A DNA stretch of 19,423 nt from Promethearchaeota archaeon (GCA_016926735.1 JAFGOA010000183.1:1-19423); one strand, 5' to 3'; counted from the stretch's first letter, positions 8,398-16,245 are shown. The notes: a model not told the origin generated them from the sequence alone. Program-made: numbers and translations.

Positions 8398-8778
8398 TTA
8401 ACATTTACCAGCTGTACTAGCTGGTATAAGTAAGACTTCATCTCCATCTTCAACATTGTACTCTCTTAAAGGTCTTCCTTCATCCATTGTAACTCCTCCA
8501 GAGGATAAATGAAAATCTGAAGGATTTAGACCAAAAATATTTCCAACAGTGTTTTTAATATCTCCTATTCTATTAGCATCATCAACAATTAATTTTTGTT
8601 TCTTTTCTCCAGGACCTATTGTTGAGGTAAAAAATAATGATAATTTTTTTCCTCCACTAGGACCTTTCACCATAGGTGTCTTTGATTGGATTGTTGGGGT
8701 TGATGGTGCTGGAGTCTTAGATATAGGATCATCTAGCTCTTCATCAAAATCTTCATCAAATTCATCATCAAAACTCAT
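8398..8778 (-). CDS. Ubiquitin-like (beta-grasp) modifier with acidic N-terminal extension, C-terminus ...STAG-KC
   Basis: IGDIKNTV...FGLNPSDFHLSSGGVTMDEGRPLREYNVEDGDEVLLIPASTAG aligns gap-free with ubiquitin residues 23-76; first gene of the E1/E2/JAMM/RING cluster. Confidence 0.88.
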   Translation of the reverse strand: MSFDDEFDEDFDEELDDPISKTPAPSTPTIQSKTPMVKGPSGGKKLSLFFTSTIGPGEKKQKLIVDDANRIGDIKNTVGNIFGLNPSDFHLSSGGVTMDEGRPLREYNVEDGDEVLLIPASTAGKC

Positions 8779-8967
8779 TAAAAAAACCTTTTCTTTCTTA
8801 TTTTGTTTTTAATAAAAATTTTTTATAGTAACTAATAAACAATTCATCCTAATAAATAAAAGTTCCAATTTTTATATTATGGGTTTCAATTTTAAATAAG
8901 AAACAATAAAATTATAGAGTCAATACTATATAATTAATTTAAAAAATAATAAAATAATAAAAAAATA

Positions 8968-9819
8968 ATGAAAGAAAAAACTCCTGCTAAATATAGAATA
9001 GAAAGTAAAACACCAGCTGAAAAAAAAGAGGTACAAATTGATAAAAAACTTTTAGATAAAATAAGAGAAGAAAAAAAGAAATTAAAAAAGGAAAGAATAA
9101 AATGGGAAGAAATAGCTCAAATAATGCAAACATATAATACATCTATAGAAGATCTTGAGAAAAAAAGAAAAGATTTAGAAGGAGAAGTAAGAGAACGTGT
9201 TAAAAACCGAGATCAATTAGATAAAGAAATAAAAGACTATGAGAACACTATTGATTCCCAAAAGAGGAATTTAGAGAATGAAAAACAAAAGATCAAAAAG
9301 ACAAAGATGGCTTTAGATAAAAAAGAAAATGAAATAAATAGAGATCAAGATGATGTTGAAAGAAAAATCAATAGATTATCTAATATCAAGAGAGATGTAG
9401 AAGATGAAAAACGAAATTTAGAAAAAACTAGAATCAAAGAACAAGATCGAATTAAAAAAGCAAAAGATGACCTTTCTAAATTAGAGGACAAAAAATACTA
9501 TTTAACAAGAGATATTGATGATCTTCAAAATGATATTCAAAGATATAAAAATGAATTAGGTAAATTAAAAAGTGATAAAACCAAAATAATGAGAGATATT
9601 GATGAAAAGAGAAATAAATTAGCAAAAGAAAAGGATAAAATTAAACGAGAGAGACAAGATCTCGAAAGAAAAAGAAATGAAATTAGACATGAAAGAGAAA
9701 AATTAGAACAAGACAAAGACAGACTAAGAGAAGATGAAAGAAGATTAAATGAAAGAATTCAAAATTTTAAGTCTATACCTAAAACAGAAATTCGATCGAA
9801 AAAACCTTCAAGATATTAA
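8968..9819 (+). CDS. Long, highly charged coiled-coil protein
   Basis: 283 aa dominated by K/E/R/D with heptad-spaced L/I and no Pro over most of its length; divergent from the Ubl gene. Confidence 0.8.
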   Translation: MKEKTPAKYRIESKTPAEKKEVQIDKKLLDKIREEKKKLKKERIKWEEIAQIMQTYNTSIEDLEKKRKDLEGEVRERVKNRDQLDKEIKDYENTIDSQKRNLENEKQKIKKTKMALDKKENEINRDQDDVERKINRLSNIKRDVEDEKRNLEKTRIKEQDRIKKAKDDLSKLEDKKYYLTRDIDDLQNDIQRYKNELGKLKSDKTKIMRDIDEKRNKLAKEKDKIKRERQDLERKRNEIRHEREKLEQDKDRLREDERRLNERIQNFKSIPKTEIRSKKPSRY

Positions 9820-10038
9820 TTTATACTAAATTAATATCCTCTAATTATTACTTCAACTGTTTGTTGAAATTTGATAAAAACACATAAAGATTTTTGAAAT
9901 TTTATTATTGAAATTCAATAAAATTTTTACTTTGAATAGTTAAACTTTTTTAGAACTTATAAATTATAAATTTTAAAATTAACTATTCCAAAAATAATTA
10001 TATAACATTTTTTAAAAGGACAGATAGGATTAAAAAAT

Positions 10039-10680
10039 ATGTCCAAAAACAATAATTCTGTTAAAAATACTGAACATATACAAAAAAAAAATTTATATAA
10101 AAGATTTTTAAGTATATATTTTTTTTTTTTTATAATTTCAATAGCTATCCCCCTAATTTTAGTAAACTTAAATCAAACAGGTAGTTGTCTTCATCATATA
10201 GAGGAAGAAGGGGGGTTATTATGGATATTAGGTAGAGCTCTTGGGTTTAGTACTCTGATATGGTTTATATTATCAGTGTATATAGGGGCGAAAACAAAAA
10301 AATTAGCAAAATTATTTCACTCATATCCAAAAGCTAAAAATTTTCATTGTATAAGTGCATTTATTACAAATATATTATTTTTGGCACATATTATATCATT
10401 ATTAATTTCAGATCCATGGGGACCTTTAATTTTTGAAAGGGAATTTAATCATATGCCCTTTACTTTATTCTTAATAAAATTAATAACTGGGATTATTTTT
10501 GGCTCGATTATGATAATCACCTCAATTATGTTTTATTATTTAAAAGATATTAAAAAATTAAGGAAATTTGGTTATAAAAAATTTATCAGAACACATCAAA
10601 TTATGCTTATATTTACAATAGTTTTAGCAATTCATATATTTTTCATAAATACTGAGATATTAATTATCTTTTGGGGTTAG
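10039..10680 (+). CDS. Ferric-reductase-like transmembrane (di-heme b) protein
   Basis: About 5 TM helices with His pairs H-x13-H (FHCISAFITNILFLAH) and H-x12-H (THQIMLIFTIVLAIH); AGGA RBS upstream. Confidence 0.78.
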   Translation: MSKNNNSVKNTEHIQKKNLYKRFLSIYFFFFIISIAIPLILVNLNQTGSCLHHIEEEGGLLWILGRALGFSTLIWFILSVYIGAKTKKLAKLFHSYPKAKNFHCISAFITNILFLAHIISLLISDPWGPLIFEREFNHMPFTLFLIKLITGIIFGSIMIITSIMFYYLKDIKKLRKFGYKKFIRTHQIMLIFTIVLAIHIFFINTEILIIFWG

Positions 10681-10777
10681 GATTATAGAAATCATATCAA
10701 ATATGTTATAATCAAAAATATTTTACATAAAAATATATATTATATCTAATAGAAAAAACACCTATTGAGGATTTTAA

Positions 10778-11047
10778 ATGAAAAAGTATGGGTATATTCT
10801 AATATTTAGTTTTATCATAGTGTCTGCAACATCTTTTTTTATTACAATTAATATGGGACAAAAATTTACAAATTTCACCAATGATGAAGAAGAAGATGAA
10901 GAAATAGAATCCATAAGAGTTAAAGATAGTTATATAATTCTTAAATCAAATTTTATTCGGAGAGATAATTTAATTTCTTATAAGGATTGTATTAATGTTA
11001 TAAAATCAGTAATTAATTTAACCTCTTTATCTAATTTTATTGTTTGA
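10778..11047 (+). CDS. Small membrane-anchored hypothetical protein, possibly truncated
   Basis: GAGGA RBS, MKK plus a hydrophobic helix and acidic stretch DEEEDEE; the C-terminal half does not look like a domain. Confidence 0.5.
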   Translation: MKKYGYILIFSFIIVSATSFFITINMGQKFTNFTNDEEEDEEIESIRVKDSYIILKSNFIRRDNLISYKDCINVIKSVINLTSLSNFIV

Positions 11048-11511
11048 TCATCAGATTCTTCTTAAGTGAAGATGAAATAATAATAAAAAGTATTATCTCA
11101 ATTATTTTATCAATCTAAAACTTTTTAAATTTATAATGATTATTAGTAAGGGTTTTCTAAATTTAAAATTTCAGCAAGCAATAAACAACCTTTCTATTCT
11201 TATCCACTATCATGTTCTTTATTTAATCCTCTTCTCTTTCCATAACAAGAATTGTATCTTTATTATTCATATTCGATATTATTTAATTTTGGATAATATT
11301 TAAAAATCTTTATTGAATTTCAACAATAAATTTTGAAATTTTATAGAAATAACAACATTTTTATAAAATTTTCCAATATTTTGTAAAAAATTAGAAGGAT
11401 GTACATATAATGTATATATTATTCACTTATAATAATTTGAAATTTTTTATAATAATAATAAAAAATTCAAATTTTAATTTGTCAATTATGCTAAATTCTC
11501 GTACAATTTTA

Positions 11512-11736
11512 ATGAAAAAATTAATTGCTATTTGTCCAGTTTGTAAGAAACAAATTTATGGAAGTGATATTGATATCAATCATATAGATATTAATAAAAT
11601 TAAAAATTGGCCTCTTAGGTATGTTCATTGTCATTCAGATGAGAATAATCCACTTCATGCTTTAACTATGTATATTGATGCTAATTTTAGTGTACGTGGA
11701 AGAGAAGTATCTGATTTTATTAAAATCCAAAAGTAA
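11512..11736 (+). CDS. Small putative Zn-binding protein (CxxC...HxH...H)
   Basis: CPVC, VHCH and LHALTMYIDANFSVRGRE. The ATG at 11512 is preferred because the upstream in-frame extension looks like translated AT-rich intergenic sequence. Confidence 0.7.
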   Translation: MKKLIAICPVCKKQIYGSDIDINHIDINKIKNWPLRYVHCHSDENNPLHALTMYIDANFSVRGREVSDFIKIQK

Positions 11737-11807
11737 ATTTTATTTACTTAAAAATTCTAACCTTTGGTATCTTAAAATTTAAAAGATCCAAGATAATTAT
11801 CTTTGTT

Positions 11808-12473
11808 ATGAATGAAAATTTGTATAAGAAAATTGATGATTACATCCAAAAATTATTTGTTCCTGAAGATGATGTATTAATTTCTACAATAAAATCTCTT
11901 GATAAATTTAATATTCCTCAATATAGTGTTTTTGCTAATCAAGGTAAATTACTTCATATATTAGCTTTATTATGCGAAGCAAAAAGAATTCTTGAAATTG
12001 GTACTTTAGGTGGTTATAGTACCATTTGGCTAGCTCGAGCATTACCAAATAATGGTATTCTTTATACAATTGAATTAGTTCTAGAATATGCGAAAGTCGC
12101 TCAAAAAAATATTGATATAGCAAATTTAAGTGAAAAAGTAGTTATAAAGATAGGAGAAGCATTATCTGTGTTGGATATTCTTGAAAAAGAACAAATTCCT
12201 CCCTTTGATTTAATTTTTATCGATGCTCATAAACCTTCTTATATTAAATATTTTGAATGGGCACTTCGACATTCTCATAAAGGGAGTTTAATTATTGCGG
12301 ATAATGTTATCAGAAATGGTGAAGTTATGAATTCTAATAGTATAGATGAAAAAGTGCAAGGTGTGCAACAATTTAATAAAATAGTCGCTTCAAATAGTAA
12401 TGTTATTTCTATTATTATCCCAGCAATTACTGGGAATGGTTATGATGGAATGCTTTTAACCTTAGTAAAGTGA
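11808..12473 (+). CDS. O-methyltransferase (caffeoyl-CoA/COMT-like, Methyltransf_3)
   Basis: QGKLL, ILEIGTLGGYSTIWLARAL, FDLIFIDAHK, IIADNV and YDG. Confidence 0.93.
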   Translation: MNENLYKKIDDYIQKLFVPEDDVLISTIKSLDKFNIPQYSVFANQGKLLHILALLCEAKRILEIGTLGGYSTIWLARALPNNGILYTIELVLEYAKVAQKNIDIANLSEKVVIKIGEALSVLDILEKEQIPPFDLIFIDAHKPSYIKYFEWALRHSHKGSLIIADNVIRNGEVMNSNSIDEKVQGVQQFNKIVASNSNVISIIIPAITGNGYDGMLLTLVK

Positions 12474-12518
12474 AAGGAGGATTATATTAAAAAGAAAGAT
12501 TTTACTTGCATTTTATTT

Positions 12519-14573
12519 CTAATAATCTTTATATTCTGTTTCTTCAAATAAATTAGAACCTGGATCAAGGAATGCATTTTGACATGAAGGACAACTGTTA
12601 TATTTTGAAATCCAGAATGCTACACATAAATAATGGTAGACAGCATCACAAAACGGACATTTGATAAGTTGATCCTTAACAAAATTAATCTGTTTACGAC
12701 ATATTCCACATTGAATATTTGAAACTTCAATTCCTTCTCTAATTTTTACTTTTTTTTCTACTATATTTTCCAAATTCTTTAATTCTTGATGATAATTTTT
12801 GTTTTGTTCATTTATATGATTTATTTTTGCCTTAATTTCTATTATTCTTTCTTTTAATTCATCTTCGGATAATTTTTCTGCTAAATAATTAGACAATACA
12901 TAATTGAGTGGTATCTCTTTTCCATTCGAATCTTTGTAAGAAATTTCTGTGATATCTTCAAAAAGCGATTCTTCTTTTCCAATTAAATCCCCAAAATTCT
13001 TATAAAGTTTGCTTAAAAATTGAGAGAGTAAAAACCCAACTTGTTGTCTTTTTCTATTAAAATTATCTTCCCATTCTTTTATTATGTGATATTGATCTAT
13101 TTCTTTTTCCTTGAAATCATCTAATTTATTAGATACTTTTTTTTTTATTTCATTAATTTTAATCATATATTCATTAATAATATCATTGATCTCTTTTAGA
13201 GGAGTAAATTTATCAGATAAAATTTCCGCTGTTTTATCTCGATATTCATTGACTAAAATATTCAATTCTTGAATTTTCTTATCAATAAAGCTCTTTATTC
13301 CTTCCTTTACTTTTTCATTTTTATTTATATTTAAATATTCTATAAATTCTTCTTTCCTCCTGCTAATATCTTCTAAATAAATATCATATAAATCTAATAA
13401 TGAATTTAAAATATCTTGGAAGGGATCTAAGAATATTTCAAGTTCTTTAGTGTATTTTTTGATATTTTCTATTTTATTCTTTAATAAATTCATCTTTTCT
13501 GAATATTGGGTTCTAATTTCTTCAATTTTATCTAAATCTTTTATTTCAGATAATATAAATTGATAATAATTTTCAAGACCATTTGTATAATCATCTATTA
13601 ATATAGGAAAAAAATGAGAAATCTTTTCTTTTAACAATTGTTCATAATGCTTTTTTTCTTGCTCTTTTTCTTTTGTATAATGATATTCATCAAACTCTTG
13701 AATATCTTCAATAATAGCTTTTAATTCGAGGAGTATTGAATTTTTAATTAGTGGTTTTAAAAAAATTTTCAAATCTTTTTTTATTTCTTTTCTTTCAATA
13801 ATATTATGAAACTCCTGTTTGGTATTCTCAAATAAGATATTATTTTTGTAGAGAAGATAAAATAACTCTTGTAAAAACTTTTGGTTCTCATTTTTAACAT
13901 GATTAACATAATTATAAATAGTAATAAAAGTAAAATTTTCTATATTCTCCTTCTTTTTTGATTTTATATCTTTATTCTCAATATCATTTTGTATAAATTC
14001 GTATAAACTCATGATTTCTTTCCATATTAAAAGATTCTCAGGATTTTTCATAATTTCAAATTCAAGATTTTTTATTTTTTGAATTTCTATCCACAAATAT
14101 GAAGGATCTTGAAATAAAGGAGCTTCTTTTCCTATCAAGCTTTCGATTTTTATTTTAGATTGAGATAATCTTTCAGATATTTCTGAGACTTTTGATATAT
14201 AATTAATTAAATATTGAGAATCTTTTAGAAATCGAATTGAATTTTGAGCATTCATTTTTAAATTCAATAAATTATTTGAAATAATATTGATCTCTTCTGT
14301 TATTTCTGATTTTAGTTTTGGATATTCATCATAAATACCAAATTTTGGTTTCTTAGATGTTATCAAGTAAGAATCAATAAAAATATCTAGATTTTTTAGA
14401 TAATCACTACTCAAATCCAATAATTTTATTGGAAATTTATTTTCAATGAATAATTGAAATTCAGATTCTTCAATCTTGCCCTCTTTATACTTTAAAATAT
14501 TTTCTTTAGTTTTCAACATTTCTTCCTTGGTGAAACCCACAATATTATCAAAAGAATTATTAACTAACTTCAA
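12519..14573 (-). CDS. Large alpha-helical/coiled-coil protein with C-terminal C4HC3 RING; candidate soluble E3 ligase
   Basis: About 620 aa of helical K/E-rich sequence followed by CGIC-x13-CPFC-x4-H-x2-C-x3-W-x6-CPSC; TTG start. Confidence 0.8.
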   Translation of the reverse strand: MKLVNNSFDNIVGFTKEEMLKTKENILKYKEGKIEESEFQLFIENKFPIKLLDLSSDYLKNLDIFIDSYLITSKKPKFGIYDEYPKLKSEITEEINIISNNLLNLKMNAQNSIRFLKDSQYLINYISKVSEISERLSQSKIKIESLIGKEAPLFQDPSYLWIEIQKIKNLEFEIMKNPENLLIWKEIMSLYEFIQNDIENKDIKSKKKENIENFTFITIYNYVNHVKNENQKFLQELFYLLYKNNILFENTKQEFHNIIERKEIKKDLKIFLKPLIKNSILLELKAIIEDIQEFDEYHYTKEKEQEKKHYEQLLKEKISHFFPILIDDYTNGLENYYQFILSEIKDLDKIEEIRTQYSEKMNLLKNKIENIKKYTKELEIFLDPFQDILNSLLDLYDIYLEDISRRKEEFIEYLNINKNEKVKEGIKSFIDKKIQELNILVNEYRDKTAEILSDKFTPLKEINDIINEYMIKINEIKKKVSNKLDDFKEKEIDQYHIIKEWEDNFNRKRQQVGFLLSQFLSKLYKNFGDLIGKEESLFEDITEISYKDSNGKEIPLNYVLSNYLAEKLSEDELKERIIEIKAKINHINEQNKNYHQELKNLENIVEKKVKIREGIEVSNIQCGICRKQINFVKDQLIKCPFCDAVYHYLCVAFWISKYNSCPSCQNAFLDPGSNLFEETEYKDY

Positions 14574-14697
14574 TTTTAAAACCAGCTATACAAATATTAA
14601 GCTATTTAGATAAATGCAATAGTAAATAAAATCTTAATGTTATTAGAGGAAAAAATTATAATGAAATTTCAGAATCAATGTTAAGAAATAATAAAAA

Positions 14698-15312
14698 TTA
14701 TTCTCCTAACTCTTCAATATCTATATGCTTTTCTTTAGATCCATCCTTAGTTATAACAAGAATATCAATACCATTACCAGACATAATATCTCTTTTCATA
14801 GCATTTCGGATGATTTTTTCTACTAATTTCTCTCCTTGTGCTACAGTTAAATCTGGTTTATATTCTGCTTCTAATAATCCTATAGACATAAACATTCCTG
14901 TTCCTGCGACACCATAATCTTCAGGAATTAATGATCCAATAGCATCTAAAGTATATAATTTTGGTCCATCTTTATCCATACCAGCTACTACAAGATTAGT
15001 ATATAGAGGTGCCATTTTTCTAGAAAATAGATAGTTTGAAACTAATTTGGCTAAACTCTTTGTAGAAATTCTCTCTCTTGTGTCTAACTTATATAAATTT
15101 GCTTGTGCTCTTAAAATCTTAACAAGAATTTGGTAATCTCCTATAAGACCATAAGCTGCTAATCCAATATATTCAGTTATTTTAAAAACTTTTCGGGTTG
15201 ATTTATTTGATACAGTATAACCCCAAGTAGCACGATTATCATTTCCTAAAATAACTCCATCTTTACATTTTATTGCTACGCCACAAGCACCAGGAACGGT
15301 TATTTCTGTCAT
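14698..15312 (-). CDS. psmB: 20S proteasome beta subunit, predicted non-catalytic (Ala at the Thr1 position)
   Basis: GVAIKCKDGVILGNDNRAT, KVFKI, GLIGD, LDAIGS, GTG and RDIMSGNGID. The ATG at 15312 follows a GGAGA RBS and is preferred over TTG 15324. Confidence 0.93.
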   Translation of the reverse strand: MTEITVPGACGVAIKCKDGVILGNDNRATWGYTVSNKSTRKVFKITEYIGLAAYGLIGDYQILVKILRAQANLYKLDTRERISTKSLAKLVSNYLFSRKMAPLYTNLVVAGMDKDGPKLYTLDAIGSLIPEDYGVAGTGMFMSIGLLEAEYKPDLTVAQGEKLVEKIIRNAMKRDIMSGNGIDILVITKDGSKEKHIDIEELGE

Positions 15313-15897
15313 TCTTTTCTCCAATTATTTGATAGTAGAATACTTAAAAATAGATATTTTAATAAATAAGAATTTGATATTAAATTAATATTTTGTTATT
15401 ATTTGAAATAATTTGTCTAAAATACAAAAGAAAATAATTTCTAATTTCTTTTAATTTCAGACTAAGAAATTGATGTGAAACAATAAGGAACATTTTTATG
15501 AATTAACTAAATCTCGTAGTATAAAGGTTAAATTAATATTCTCTTTAAAAAAAAATAAAATTTTTAAATCTCAATTTTTTATAGAATTTTTTATTCAAGA
15601 TTGAATTGAAATGTTAAAAAAGTACTCATAGATGTTTTTTTGTTATATCTAATATGTAATTGATATTTTTATCAAAATAAAAATATAAATAAAAAAAATG
15701 GTCAACTTAAGGATCTTAATATCATTTTCTCCAATATCAAAATATCAATAATTACTGATTAAGATTAAATTATAGTTATTTCTCAGTTTTTTAGAGATAT
15801 AACCCATATACACCTACTATCTAATATATTATCCATAAATTTTTGTCGTAATTTTTTTTAATCTAACGTATTACTATCTTACCAATTAATCAATAAG

Positions 15898-15936
15898 TTT
15901 AAATATCTCTTCAGATATAATTATATCTAAGTACTT
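15898..15936 (+). promoter_or_regulatory. Putative histone-gene promoter: TATA box TTTAAATA followed by a perfect 16-bp palindrome
   Basis: TTTAAATA at 15898-15905, AGATATAATTATATCT at 15913-15928 and AAGTACTT at 15929-15936, about 70-100 bp upstream of the histone ATG. Confidence 0.4.
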
Positions 15937-16002
15937 TAAAAAATAAATTAAAAACAAATAAAAAACCGATATTTTAAAATTAAAAAGTGGAGGAATATAA
16001 AT

Positions 16003-16221
16003 ATGGCTAAAAAAAAACATACTTTTGCTTGGAGTCCTATTAGAAGATTAATGAAACAACAAGGTGCCAGCATTGTAGCAAGAGATGCAGTTGATCTCTT
16101 AATTGACCATTTAGAAAAATCTGCTCGTGGTCTTACTGAACAAGCTAAAAAATTTACAATGCACGCTAATAGGAAAAAGATTACCAAAAATGATCTTCTC
16201 CTATCAATAAAATATAAATAA
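16003..16221 (+). CDS. Archaeal histone (HMf-type histone fold)
   Basis: PIRRLMKQQGA..VARDAV...AKKFTMHANRKKITKNDL matches the HMf fold (R-x6-D salt bridge); strong GGAGG RBS. Confidence 0.95.
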   Translation: MAKKKHTFAWSPIRRLMKQQGASIVARDAVDLLIDHLEKSARGLTEQAKKFTMHANRKKITKNDLLLSIKYK

Positions 16222-16245
16222 ATCTGTAATAGGCTTAGTATATTA

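Noticed and set aside
7088-8778. Reading the E1/Ubl pair as ThiF/ThiS, MoeB/MoaD or UbaA/SAMP sulfur transfer
   Set aside because: The adjacent E2 and RING, the ubiquitin-like core sequence and the UBA3-type catalytic-Cys domain favour conjugation, and no cofactor or tRNA-thiolation genes are nearby.
8398-8778. Calling the modifier UFM1
   Set aside because: Only the tail (IP....G-xC) is similar. The core aligns better with ubiquitin/NEDD8, the E1 is not UBA5-like, and the E2 has HPN rather than the UFC1 TAK motif.
7197-8812. ORFs 7197-7385, 7645-7884, 7890-8222 and 8549-8812
   Set aside because: All overlap the well-supported E1 or Ubl genes in other frames or on the opposite strand.
10082-10131. 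A10 and T13 homopolymers in the ferric-reductase-like gene as phase-variation sites
   Set aside because: The frame is intact, and long A/T runs are common throughout this AT-rich window.
12519-12545. Proteasome-gating HbYX motif at the C-termini of cluster proteins
   Set aside because: The ends are KDY, DEE and SRY; none has a hydrophobic residue followed by a penultimate Tyr.
12582-12710. PHD finger interpretation of the C4HC3 motifs
   Set aside because: The Trp lies four residues after ligand 6 (RING helix position), not two residues before ligand 7 as in PHD fingers.
15325-16002. Long AT-rich intergenic region as a replication origin or RNA gene
   Set aside because: No ORB-like repeats, no adjacent cdc6/orc1 and no GC-rich structured segment; it is explained as a divergent promoter region.
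11935-16187. ORFs 11935-12123, 14678-14917 and 15948-16187
   Set aside because: Antisense shadows of the O-methyltransferase, psmB and histone genes.
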